Shown: positions 1 through 12,961 of the stretch, one piece after another | Position numbering within the stretch: position 1 is the stretch's first letter | How the letters are laid out: the number at the start of each line of letters is the position of its first letter | Source: Utricularia gibba | Taxonomy: Eukaryota; Plantae; Magnoliophyta | Assembly: GCA_002189035.1 (NCBI GenBank) | Contig: NEEC01000008.1 | Coordinates: forward strand, 2,852,001-2,916,000 | Length of the DNA stretch: 64,000 nt | Direction of reading: 5' to 3' | Translations under genes and position numbers: made by a program | Notes under the pieces: generated by a model | Told to the model about the DNA's origin: nothing | What the model saw: the letters and a program-made list of their open reading frames with translations, nothing else | Database searches by the model: none

Positions 1-1015
1 CAATCATCACATGTATTAGAAAAATAAGTTATTTATAGAGAAAAATATTCATCGTATATATAAAAAATTGATTTTAGTAAATAAAGTATAAAGTTTTCAA
101 AATGATCACCATACATATAATAAATTCATCACTGCCCTCAATGGCTTTAGCCACTCACAAATCCAGCTTCTAGGGCTTATTTAATACACTATTTTGAATT
201 ATTTTGATAAGATTTTCATTTTTCAAATCCCACAATCTTTTAAAGGTGGCTTTATCTTAAACATGCAATTTCCTTTATTTATTTTTCTATTAATTAAATA
301 TCATATAAAAATTAAAATCTCTTACACAATATTTTCTAAACCCAACATTTCTTGTTTCAATGAGAATTTTTTTGTGCCCTACACCAAAGTTAAGGTGTGC
401 TTTTGCTCAACTTGTCCAAGTTAAGTGTTCCATGATTATAATCATCTTATTTTGCAATATCTTTCACGTAAGCATTTTATTATTTTTCATTTTGACGTTC
501 TAAAATGAAGAGTGAGGGATCCATTGGGCCGGTTCCTTTATTTGACCGGTAGCTCTTCCAATTTGCCGTTGGCCCATAAAGCCCATTGGGCATTGAAGCT
601 AATAATCAGTTTAAATATATAAAATTAATAGAAATTGAAACATGATTAGAATATTTGAAAGTTCAAATTTAATATATATAATAATAATAATTAAAAAGAA
701 ATATTTTTAAAAAAATTGGATTAAATATGCCAATTTTAAATTATGCAATCAAAATATAAGTTTTAAATAATATTAAAAACTGATTTTAAAATTTTTAAAA
801 AAAATAATCGATTTCTCAATTTCCGAAATTGAAAATAATACGTCGAGAGTTCATCCAATAATTTATACCTATGCAAAAGCCTATGCTTGGGTTTCGACAG
901 CCCTAGCTTTTTTCTGAGGAAAAGCCATTTGACCGGAGCTCCGGCAGCGGCCATTGTTGAGATTCAGACAAGCCAAACCTGAAACTTCAACTGCTTGTTC
1001 CCCCATCATTCAGAC

Positions 1016-1488
1016 ATGAACGTCCAGCAACCATCGGGGAAGTCAGTTTCATGGGACGGTCAAAGCCTCGTGCTATCCAGATCCTTCATGTGCAATTTCT
1101 GCAAAAGGGGCTTTTCCAATGCACAAGCCCTAGGAGGACACATGAACATTCATCGCAAGGATCGGGCCAAGCTCATCGAGTTTTCAGAAGGGAACCTTCT
1201 CTCGTTGGATCCAACGCCAAAGGTTATTGATTACGGTGAAGAGAGTGGGAAAGAAGGGTGTTGTGCTGATTCACCTGGGATGAGAAGCTGATCACGGTTG
1301 AAAGGGAAGCTGTGTGTTTGGAAGGGGAAGAGGCAGCCAAGAGGGTGAAGGTTTTAGGGTTCGGGAATGGGGATTTGGACCTTGAGCTTCGGCTGGGACC
1401 GCGGCTGCGGCAGAACCCGAAACTGCACGATTTCATGGGGTTGAATTCTGCTGGGACTGAAGCCCAAACAAGGTTTAGCAAGAGATAA
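1016..1488 (+). CDS. Single C2H2 zinc-finger repressor (SUPERMAN/ZFP class) with C-terminal EAR motif; 1-nt frameshift at about 1277-1279
   Basis: ATG at 1016. The frame-2 ORF has the plant QALGGH finger ([23 protein letters not shown]). Frame 1 from about 1279 reads [10 protein letters not shown]...[10 protein letters not shown]...SKR* (stop 1486-1488), which contains the EAR motif DLELRL. One extra G in the GGG run joins the two frames. Confidence 0.85.
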
Positions 1489-3485
1489 AGGAATGGAAAA
1501 CAGAAGGTTCACTTACTTTTCATCTCTGATCTCTCACTGAAGGCACATACATACGCTCTAGATCAGGTCAAAGTTCAAACCAGTTACTACACAATCTATT
1601 GGATGTGTCTGAAGTGGTGAAGAGTGAGGATTTGTAGTCAACAGTTGCTCTAAACTTGACAGCCTGCAGCCATCGTTTTTGGCACTTTGTTGTCCATTCG
1701 ACGCTCCAAGCGAATCTCCTTGTGCTTCTGACTTTCTTACCTTCATCACTCAAAAGCAGTAAATGGAAGCTTATGCTATGCAGCGTTTTCTGAGGGTTCT
1801 GTTACGTTATAATTCACTTCTGTTATGGAGACGAATCTAGCATTGAAACTACAGTAACAATTTTTCATGTTACTTTTATGGGAAACAGTGTCACCATGAA
1901 TATGTTGTAAGAATCCCTGAATGCAGCAGCACACGCCTGAACCAGACCTGGAGAGTGCAAGGACCGCAGTTACTCTTGATACTTCATTGTCACAGCACAA
2001 AGCCAAGGGTAGGTTTCTACTTTTTACTGCCCACAGGCGTTTTAATGAAAACTAATCATCAATGTTCAATTGTGGCTTAGTTTTAAGCAGAAATTGTAAG
2101 AAAATAACTCCAGAACCACTAGGTGATCTTTGTCTTGATAAGACACTATTCAAAGGAAACATTATCCCGCATCAGACGCATGAAGCTAAACAGTTATATT
2201 TGTTTTATGTTGATTTTGTAAGGAAACAACCAGAGGACGACTTGATGAGTTTTGTCTCAATAAGACGGTATTGAAGAGAAACATTATTCATGACTTACAT
2301 AAATAGTTAAGAGTATTAATATCTTCAAGTATAATATAATTGAACTATTTTATACTATATTATCAAACAATCGAGAAAAATATGTATTGATATAGATACA
2401 ATTAATACCTTTTCCCCTCCTCTCCATTTGTGTATACAACTCACATGCTCAAAAAATAAGAATGTGAATAATATAAGTATACAATGCTAGCATATATATA
2501 ATAGTTAATCAAATAACAGTTTATGTGTAAAATTGAGAATAAATCTTCTATATTATACTATCAAATATTCTAATGTCCAAATAACGGATTTGTCAAGTTG
2601 TTTTTTTTTTTTTATTGTGAATGGTCAGAAGATGAATGTTGGAACCAAACCCTAGACAAGCAAATTGCCTCATTTTTTATGACACAATTTGGTGAAACCT
2701 CGAGAGAGATATTGTTAGTAAGAAGGGAATGTTATGGATCTCACTTTTGTGTATGTATTAGGATAGTTTTGCTGAGATTAATAATTTGATGAATCGGATA
2801 TGTAAAATTCGAGTATACAAAAAATAGAAATTACATTTTAAAAGATTAGATCTAATCTATTATGAATAATTCACTGATTCTTATATAATTGATCATATTG
2901 TTTTAATTTTTTAATGTGATATTCTTTAATCTGATAAGTTTAACAAGTTATGTTTTTAAATTATTTATGTTTATTATCATAAGATAATAAATTTTAAAAT
3001 TATAGTTAAAAGTATTTTACAAACATATTAGAAATTAAAAAACCATATATTTTTTAATATATTTAAATGCCTAAACATGGGACATTTGAATGAAAAGGTG
3101 GGTGTTAAATCAACTTTCCAGAGATGGGTCCGATCCATTGCATCCTGACCTTCGACGTGGCTGGCGCCGGGGGGATAACGAGAAGTGAAGGGTGACGGGC
3201 GTGTCATGTCGCGAAGGTTTGCTGGCCCCAGCCGACGCAGAGAAGGTTGAAGACGAAGGAAGGTTGATGGCATGGACCACTTTAGGTTGCTGCTGGTATT
3301 CATTTCAGAATGATTTAAGAATCCGTACTCTCAGTTTCTCTTTTCCTTTGGAAAGCAATGGATCCCTGCCGGGGCACCCGGTCCCCCCTCTCCGGTCTCG
3401 CCTGGAAGTGAGTGTCTCAATAATTTCAAAACTAAATTCTTGTTTTGCATTTATTACACTGCACAACTCTTCCAAATCATCGTTT

Positions 3486-3730
3486 TTCATGGCAAGGCTT
3501 GACAGGGTCCAGAACTTAGCTGGCCTGGTCGGAACTCCACTTCAAGAACTAGCGAACCTGGTGCTGGATGGAGGAGACGGGAGAAGGGAATCCAGGGGCT
3601 TGGAGGAGCAAGCAGAGATGAAGAAGATACCAACTGAACGGTGAATTCAGATGGGTTTCTTCCCAAATGAACCGCGTCAGACACGAAGGGCTTCTCTGTT
3701 CAGCCTGCGTTTTATGTGGCCTGTGGACAG
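3486..3730 (+). pseudogene. Degenerate, internally deleted, inverted copy of the large sucrose synthase exon
   Basis: The + strand reads [43 protein letters not shown], then ..[14 protein letters not shown].. and VQPAFY. It aligns to the reverse complement of 4497-4828; for example 3635-3677 vs 4604-4646 match at 42 of 43 nt. Confidence 0.9.
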
Positions 3731-3970
3731 TTCCCTTGGTATAGGGAAGTGTTTGATGTTCTTCAATTGTTCATTTGTTATTAATTGAAGTCCGGGTGTA
3801 ATCTCCTGGTAAACCCAGGTAATTAATAATAATGATGATCCGTTAACAGCAAGCGGATTCAACAATGGAGAACAGAAGAGATGTTGTTGGATTCCATGGT
3901 TGATGGCCCACAACAGGGAACATGAATCATGAAGGAGTTTGTCGGCTGAGGCTCTTGGTTTCTTTGATCT

Positions 3971-6900
3971 CTACTCCACGGCCTTTGGAACAGCTTCAGC
4001 CTGAAAGAACAAGCAAATGTCAAAACCCACCATTGGACCAGAAAAGCTCAGCTCGATCGAACAAACACTTACCAGCTTCTTAAACTGCAGTGCGTAAAAC
4101 ATTTCAAGATACCGTCTCAACCCCTCCCGGTCGACCTTCGAAACATGCTTCGAGAAGCCGTAAACACCGGCTAGCGTCAACAATCTGTCTGAATAGATCT
4201 GCCATGTGAACCTGGATCAAGAAATGGGAGCATGTTGAATATATTTCTGGTTTGCAAGCATGATAGATTCAAGATGATGATGATGATGATAATGGTGTCA
4301 TACTTCTCCTGGATTCGTTTGAGGCCGCCCGCTGAAATGATGCTCCAGTATGAAGGTTCACTCTTGCACTTTTCAAAGAAGTTAACGAGGGTATCAGCAA
4401 CTTGCTCCCCGTTGTAAGGATCAATGTGGAATCCGGACTTTCCATGTACGATGATCTCAGCCGGGCCGCCGTTGATGGTGGCGAAGGTAGGCAATCCACA
4501 GGTCATGGCTTCGACGACAGTCAGGCCGAAGGCTTCATAGAATGCAGGCTGAACGAAGACGCCATTTGTGTCCGCGATGCAGCGGTAGAGCTCACCGTTC
4601 CTAACGCGGTTCATTTGGGAAGAAATCCATCTGAATTCACCGTTCAACTTGTATGTGTCGATGAGTTCGTACATCTTCTTCATCTCTGCTTGTTCCTCCA
4701 AGTCCTTGGATTCCTTTCTCCTGTCTCCTCCAACCACAACCAGGTTCGCTAGCTCTCGCAATTTTGGGCTCTTGGCATAGAGTTCCACCAGGCCAGTTAA
4801 GTTCTTCACCCTGTCCAGCCTTGCCATGGTAAATATAATCGGCTTCTTCTTGTCTTTAAGCACGCACCTAAACAACAGGAGCCAGAGGAAAACAAGTCAG
4901 CTCACAGTTTTCTTTATGAAACAGCAACTACTAGAGAAAAATACTTACAGATGCTCCTCATTTTCCACTTGGCTGAAGAGAAGCGCATCAATTTCAGGGT
5001 GGAAAGATGTAAGCCTCTTCTCTTTCTCCGTGTGAGGGAAGTAGAGATTCATGTCAGCACCAGGGGCGACGATATTGAATTTCGGGTCGAATACATCGAT
5101 ACCATGAACAACTCTGTACAATCCAGGCATCGTGAAAGCCATATGGCTCTCATACTGTCCAACAGTGTTCTTGCTGAAAGTTCACATGGATGCAAAACTT
5201 AGTTAGACTGAAGGATTCGATTTAGATGCATGTGAGAAACTAACCTTCCAGCAATCTCTTGGAATGTACTGGTGATGATGAAGTCAGTGTGATTCATTGC
5301 AAACAAATCTGCAGTGAATTGGCTAGAGAAGTGATACTTTGGGTCGAATTTTTTCCAGTATGCATCGGAATCAGGATACTTGGTTTTCTCCAGGGCGTGT
5401 GCGATAGTACCCTGAGGAAACGGAAGCATAAAGGGCATGAGAAATAGCTTCAGAATCAAGCTGATGCATCAGTTACAAACCTGAGTAACTCCCAGCTTGT
5501 TTGCCAGCAAAGAGGCCGCAAGATTGCCCTCACTGTAGTTGCCAATTATCAAATCAGGCTTCCCCTTCAGCTCTGCAGCAATTTCTTTTGCAACATCCTG
5601 CGAAGTATTGCAATAATTTGCTCCTGATTCCGGACAAAGGAAGACATAAACAAACATGTCTGAACATACAAGCAGATAGACTAACCTCAGTGAAAGTTTC
5701 CATATACGGCCAAACTTCGAACCGGGAGATCCACTTCCTGAGGATTCCTTCCTCTGTTCTAAAGGGAACCCGGATAATATGTGAATACTCTGTTCCGTAT
5801 ACTTTTTCAAGGTGCTGTCCACAGGTAGTTCCAACTGCGTCTGGGAGGAGTCTTGTTACCTGGAAAAGTTGAATGGGTCAGAAGTAGGAACCCGAATAGT
5901 TTACATACTTTGAAGAAGCAGATGTTCTGAGAAAATACAATGAGAATTCTTGGAGTAATATCCAGTCCTTGCTCCTTCAAACGCTTCAGCATCTCCCGTT
6001 CCAAAGCTGGGACTTGATCCAAAATGTAGACAACCTGTGAAACTCAGATTGCAGCTCATGCCATTCGAATGAGTTTCGATTTTGAAAAAAAAAATCATAT
6101 CTGGGGTTCTACCTGTCCACCGGTGTCTGGATATCCCAGAACATTGTCTTGAGCAAAATAACCATGGGGTGAAAAGATGACAACATTGAAAACCAAAGGA
6201 ATCCTCCCAAGAAACTTTTCCAGTGTGGTTGAATCTGGTCCCTCCAGAAGTTCTAGAAGCAAGTTAATGGTCTCTAATGCTCTAGCTGCAGTATTTCCCC
6301 ACCCTCGTTCCAGTCCAGTCTGCTGCAGCTTCTTTTCGAATTCATCATACAGGGTATCCTCTGGCAGCAATGAGAGATACTCTACAGCCTTCCTCAGAGC
6401 AACTTCTAGAGAACCAAGACTTTCTACATTGTCATTCAGCAAAAGTTTCTGCAAGAAAACACAGCATGTAAAAAGCCAAGTTCCTCCTTTTGCAGGAAAA
6501 TGCATCTGGATGAAGCACCCAATACCTTGCCGTTGTGTTGCCGGGTTTGAAGGAAATCGAGAAGCAGAATCAAGGTCTCCCGGTTATGGAACAGTTTAGC
6601 AGATAGATGTTTGTAAAGAAACTCAACTCCATTGCCGATGGAGCTGGTGAGAGTTGGCTTGGGAAATGATGAGGTGTACGGTTGAAAATCAACCTCAAGA
6701 ACTATGCTTCCAGTATTTCTGTAGCAACCAGAGTTACCCAAAATAAGATATCAAACAAAACGGGGAATGTACCAAAGTAGAAAGCAGAGAAAGAAACGTA
6801 CTCTCCATCAACAACTACTTCCTTGAACTGTAAATATTCAGGAGCAGTGAGTTCCTCAACAACCAGAGATTTCACATTGATTCTTATGTATTCCCAAATA

Positions 6901-7320
6901 CCGGGTCGAAGTCTAACGGCTAATGACACCCATGGAGTCAGCACAATTGCTTCCTAGATCAGATGAAGCGCTCAATTATTAAGAAACGAAAATCTTGCAC
7001 TTACACAGGGGAAAACGAAGAAGAGATTCTTTTTATTTATTTACCTGTGCACACTGAATAGCTTCTTTGAAGGCATGATCACTTAATTTGTTGGCTTCAA
7101 GATCAGAGAGAAGTTGGCTGGGCTTGAGAATCGCTTTTCCCTCAGCCTCAACCCTGCGACAAACGGGGATCCTTTCAAAAAAGATGGTCGAAGGACGGAA
7201 TGCGCTACAAAGTACACTTTACCTGGAAAGGAACAAGGAGATCTCGTCGCGATACGCAGAAATAGCGCCGTTCAATTGCCCACGAAGGCCGTCATCATAG
7301 CTTCCAAAACTCAATGCCAT
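3971..7320 (-). CDS. SUS: Sucrose synthase, eudicot SUS1-type exon structure, 13 coding exons
   Basis: Exon 1 7320-7223 (98 nt), exon 2 7153-7045, exon 3 6953-6802 (152 nt), then about 6719-6527, 6448-6113, 6035-5940, 5858-5685, 5600-5484, 5410-5244, 5172-4948, 4869-4303, 4220-4082 and a last exon ending AEAVPKAVE* at 3971. Motifs [26 protein letters not shown] and [11 protein letters not shown] are present. Probable leader intron 7479-7362 and TATA-like ctataaa near 7590. Confidence 0.97.
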
Positions 7321-9085
7321 TCGAATGAAGAGTTGGGTCGCCGAGTCGTCGAACAAAGTCTCTGTTTTTCAGACAAGAAATGGTTAGAAGAGCATAAAAC
7401 CATGAAAGAACACTCATTTATCCGCAACTTAGTAGAATCACCAAAAACCAAGAAACCAAGAATGACACTCATTTCCTACCTCAAATCGGAGAAACAGCGA
7501 GATCAAAATCGAAAAAACGCAAATGGGGGCGAATAGAAAGAGCTCCAAATGACGATGAAAGTGCAGAACGATCAACGTACCAACTTTATAGGTACAAAAA
7601 AGCCGCTGCCGCTCGCCATTTCCCGACAGCGGTTTTCTGTTTCTCTGCACAAAGACGGTGGGCTAACATAAGCAAAAAGTATTCAAATTTCCATCATCCG
7701 CACCTTCAACTTCAATTTTCACAATCAAAAGTTAATATCGAAAATGATTTTTTTAATATACACATTAAAATATACTATCCACCGATACCATTCGTACAAA
7801 AAGTGAAGAAAATATCTCCAAAAAAATCCTCTTTTTCAGATATAAACAAATTTTTAGGTAGACTTGATGGGAATAAGATTTAAATTTAGTTAATACGATT
7901 GAAATTAGAATTAATGATATTAAATAAAGTAAAGAAAAATGTAATTTTTAAATAAATTTATGTATATAAAATTGAAAAAATCTACGTAATTTAACTGGAA
8001 AATTAAATTAATTAAAAAAGATGAGCTAATGGTACAAAAGTAAACGTTATTTTACTGAAAGTTGCACATTAAAAAACGAATCAAATCAGTCAAATGGCAG
8101 ATCTGAATGCACGTGCCGACTGACTGACGGTTCATTGCTGTGTGCGTCAGGCGCTGGTATTGGGCTCTGACTGGTCCAAATCGCCGAATACCAGCGGCCC
8201 AAATACTAAGTCAATTATATACAAATAAATAAATAATAGATCATGGGTTTTGAAATGAGTATGCTGAAAAAAGGGACTTGTTCGAAAATGTTTTGAATTT
8301 AGTATAATAATTAAAATTATTTCCTTATAAACAGAAATCAAATCGATTCTCATCCTATTTATTGAGTCCTAATTTCTAAACTAAAATATATGTTTTACTT
8401 CATTTTTTTAATTATTATTCAACTAAATTTACTTTTCAACCGAGGATGGGCATAATTGTCATTGTACATGGAATGACGCATCTGACTCTGGAGGCCCAGG
8501 CGCCCAATTGATTTACAACAACGTTGCATTTTTTTGGGCTGATTCTGGGCCTTCTCGTTAACGGAGGCCCGGCCCTTGATTAAAGGAAATAATAATTTTG
8601 GTTTTCTTCCGTGACACGAAATTATCCGCAAAACGACTCCGATTGCAGATTCCGTTGAATGCCGAAGTTCCTTCCAGCGGCGCATCCTTGAAAAATTCCT
8701 TTTAGGTTCGATTTCCCATCTTGGAGACCTTTTTAATTCATCTGCTCTTGATGCTGAGAAGTATTGTTGTCGATGAGGCTTTTTGTGTTATTCTGTTTTT
8801 TTTTTCGCGGTGTTAGGGTAACAGGTGCACCCGACAGGTAAAGTTGGTGTCTTGGATGCGGTTATGATTTTTTTTTTTTTTTTGGATACTGTGTTGTTGG
8901 CTGATTCGTTGTGATATGCGATGTTGAGAAGGGTGGATTTCTGTTGGCCTTTTTAGTTATTTGAATTACAGATGAAGGAAATTGTGCTTTTTTTTTTCTT
9001 TTCATTTCACCAGCTGTTTCCCTATCGCGTGCGCTTCTCATATTCTTGTTTCCCCTTGTATTTTGTGTGTAGGCGGTGATCGTCA

Positions 9086-10838
9086 ATGGTGGCATCACAG
9101 GTTAAAAAACCATCTTGTACATCTTACTCAAGTTTGGATAAGGAAATTAGCAGGTTTGGTTTTGTTGATGATTTTGAGAATGACGCTTGTACTGCGGATA
9201 CCAAGAACTCGGGGTTGTCAAATGAGAGAGTATCATATCCCCTTCCCCTTGATTCTGGAGATCTAGTGGATGCGGGTTACGATTCTCCAGATGAACAGCA
9301 CACTGGCGTGTCACGAAATCGAACACCAGAAGTGAACCTTAGAAATGTAATGAGTGGATTATATGCCATCTTGATGGGACGCAATAAGAATCATCCTCAA
9401 TTGCCTAGCTCCAGTGTCTCCTTCCTTGATTCTGAAAATAATGGGGAGACTTCCTTGCATTCATCGGTTTACACACCTAGTGCTCCCCCACTTTTTCTAC
9501 CAAATTCTTTTACTTTCAACACTTACAAGGAAGTTCTGGAAGCGGAGCCTCCAGAATGGCTTCCTGATAGCAGCACTACTGCTTGCATGCAATGTGAGGC
9601 TCCTTTTAAAGCTTTCTCACGTGGAAGACACCACTGCCGCTTTTGTGGTGGCATTTTTTGTGGGGCATGTTCAAAAGGGAGGTGTTTAATGCCTGCAAAG
9701 TTCAGGGAAAGAAATCCCCAGAGGGTCTGCGACACCTGCTACGATCGGCTTGATCCATTGCAGTGTGTATTGATCAATACAATCAGCAATGCCGCACAGG
9801 TTGCTAAGCATGATGTCATGGACTGGACCTGCTCAAGAGCCTGGATCAATCTTCCCTTGGGCATGTCAATGGAACATGAAATATTCAAGGCTGCAAACAT
9901 GTTGAGAAGCTATTGCCAGGTTAGAATTTTTACCATTCAACGTAAATGCTGTATGGAACTGTGGTTACAAAATGGAGGCGTACTCGGTAGCTGTTTATGA
10001 TTGGGAAAGTTGGCCTTGAAAAGTGGCATTGAAGGCTTACCTTGCAGGTGACAAGGTTGGAACCTGAAAAGTCTATTCCTGCTGCTGTTTTGAATGGAGC
10101 TAAGGGCCTAGCGATGATAACAGTTGCTAAAGCTGGAGTGCTTCTTGCATATAAACTTGGAACTGGACTGGTTGTTGCAAGAAGACAAGATGGGTCCTGG
10201 TCTGCACCATCTGCGGTGCTGTCCGTTGGATTGGGATGGGGTGCCCAGGTATTATTGTCTCTTGACCCTTTTTTAGAAACAAGACTCTTGCATGGAAGCG
10301 ACACCTTTCTTACCTTGATTTTCCTCATTTTTCTTTATTTTCTTGATGACACCAGGTTGGCGGTGAACTCATGGATTTCATAATTGTACTGCATGATACA
10401 CAAGCTGTCAAAACTTTCTGCAGCCGCGTCCACTTTTCTCTTGGCGCTGGGTGCAGTGCTGCAGCTGGTACACTTGGAAGAGTTGTAGAAGCAGATCTGC
10501 GAGCTGGAGACAAGGGCTCAGGATTGTGCTACACATACAGTTGCAGCAAGGGTAAATACTTCTACATGATGACATTTACCCTTTTATCAAAATCAATGCT
10601 TTTTATTTGGTCTTGGGAGTCCTCTAATCATGAATCCTCATACTGTTTCCTAGGTGCATTTGTTGGTATATCTCTAGAAGGGAACATGGTTGCCACAAGG
10701 ATGGATTTGAATCTTCGCTTCTATGGCGATCCATATCTCACCACAACCGATATTCTTCTTGGAAACGTGGAGAGACCCCAGGCTGCTAAACCTCTGTACT
10801 CTGCCATTAGAGAAGTTTACAGCAAACTGCAGTGCTAA
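9086..10838 (+). CDS. CFS1: FYVE domain plus SYLF/Ysc84 domain endosomal protein (CFS1/FYVE2-like)
   Basis: Exons about 9086-9919, 10048-10249, 10357-10551 and 10654-10838. FYVE signature WLPD..C..C...RGRHHCRFCG..FC..CS...RVCDTC. SYLF segments EKSIPAAVL..AKGLA, WSAPSA, GGELMDFIIVL and FVGISLEG. Confidence 0.92.
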
Positions 10839-11259
10839 AGCTCCCAGTAATTTACAGAGCATCATACTCTCTGCACAGAAGACTCACTTTCAGAACCAAC
10901 CCTGTGCTCATGGCTCCTCATTTCCAGGTTGAAAGTAAGAGTTCTATGAGCTGCCCTCATGCCTGTAAATATACATCCATCATCCTTCCTCAAACAGAAG
11001 GATAATATAACTGAATAATGCATGTTATCTAGTGAAATGCTGCTGTCCTCTTGTACATAGGTATTGATACTGTTGGTTTGCTGAATATTGTATAGACTGG
11101 AAATCCGTATTATGTAACTCTTTTGGGTACAATCTTGCAATTTTAGCAAAAGATTGGGGTATTTGTTATTTTAGAACATATAGGTACCAAACACGAGAAT
11201 TGAACTTTAGTGGGGGCAAATCTGCAATTTTCCCATTTGTGTTGACGTAATTTAAAAGA

Positions 11260-12961
11260 TTAAACATTATCATCATAAGGGACAGAAGTAGAATCCAGCC
11301 ACTCTTGACCGGTGATGAACTCCGACACCGTGAAATTCGCCGCGTCGTCATATTCCATCAAATGAAATCCCGGCCACGAAACTCGGCCGTCGACGGCGGA
11401 CCCCGGTCCGGTGTTCTGATACTCGCCGTAGTATAGCGTGTCTAATCCCTGATCGCCGTCCCATTTTGTCCATCCTTCCGCCGCGACGAAAGCGTCGATG
11501 TACGTCTCCATCAACACCGTCCTCGAATACTGCTTCCACGGCCGGCCGAGATAGCTCTTCACCGTCGAGGAATTCGAGTACAAATCATCCGTCGCCAAAA
11601 TCGTGCAATTTTGTAACGAGATTCCCGTGTTCTCATCTGCGCTGTCGCGGCCCTGCGCGGTGATGACGGTGAACTGGTTCGCCATCGGCATCCGGGAGAT
11701 TATGTTGCAGCCCTGAAAAACGACTGCGGCGTTGCCGAAGATGTAATCGATGGTTCCATAAATGTTGCATTCCCGATAAAACTGCCGGAATGTATGGGTG
11801 TAGAGTGTGTCCTGATATCCGTCGATTGTGCAGCGGTAGATGGCGGCTAAATCGGCGTTTATTCGGAGAGCCACCGCCTGGTGATTCTCCGGCCCGGCGG
11901 TATTCTCGAATCTTATGTCACGAGCCAAGAATCCCTCACTGGAGACGGCTGCAATTCATATTTAAAAACAATCAAATCTCTAGGATCTGAAACACGCAAC
12001 TTTAGGATCGGGGTTGAGGGAATCTTTCCCATTATGAAAGCCCGTCAAACTTACCGACAGTGGCAGATCTGAAAGTTGTCCAGCCGGAGCCGACGCTTCT
12101 ACTTCCGGTAATAACGGTGGTATCGCTGCCATCTCCGATTAAAACAATGTTAGTTTTCCAGCTCGGAATCTCTACATTCTCCTCGTAAACCCCCTGTTTA
12201 ACGTATATAATCACTCTGTCTGCACTATTATTCGGTGCGGCATTCACGGCATCGGAAACCGTAGTGAAATTCCCCGATCCGTCGGCCGCCACCGTCACCA
12301 GTGAACTGTAATCATACTCATCACCAGGACTGATCAAAATCCGCCGCGCACTTTTGGAAACCCATCTCGGGAAACCCAGAAGCCGCCGCCGGTTTTTGGG
12401 CACCTTGTTTCCATCAACGCCAGATAACATGGACAACGAGTTACTGACATGGGCATAGGTCGCATCCAGTGATTGGAGCAACGCGGATTTCCCTTTTCCG
12501 GAGGCGGAGTCCAATCCCTCCAGGCACGTCCTCCTGTTGGTCACGGCGGCGCTGAGAAAGCTCCGGAAGTCCTCCAACTTCTGGGCATCACCAGAAACAC
12601 CTCCCATTCCAGAAAGCGATTTCTTCAGCACAGATAGAGTGATCTGATGAAGCTCCTTGCAATCTTCTACAGTACCCCTCTGCTTCTCAACCAAATCGGC
12701 GGTTGCAAGGAGACCCGAAAGCTTGTTCCCTTCAGAAATGGCAGTTTTGAGCGATTGCGTGATGAAGGACAGGATTTTGGGGGAAATGTTGATGTTAACG
12801 GAGACAGAGAGTTTCAGGGAATCAAAACAGGAATCAGGATACGGCGTCGCCTTGCAGAAACTTCTGATATTCTCAAGTTGAGTTTCATAGGAGTTGGGCG
12901 TGGCAACAGATGAAGTGCAGAGAAACGAGAGAAAGAAAAGACCGAGAAGCGCAGAAGCCAT
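11260..12961 (-). CDS. Group 2 pectin methylesterase with PMEI pro-domain
   Basis: Exon 1 12961-12055 encodes a signal peptide, a PMEI domain (FCKATPYPDSC, DCKEL, TCLEG), a basic RRRLL processing site and VAADGSGNFTTV. Exon 2 11948-11260 has HQAVALR, YQDTLY, GTIDYIFG and YLGRPWK. Confidence 0.95.

Noticed and set aside
1558-2006. Short minus-strand ORFs in moderately GC-rich sequence after the zinc-finger gene
   Set aside because: No recognisable domain or splice structure in any frame.
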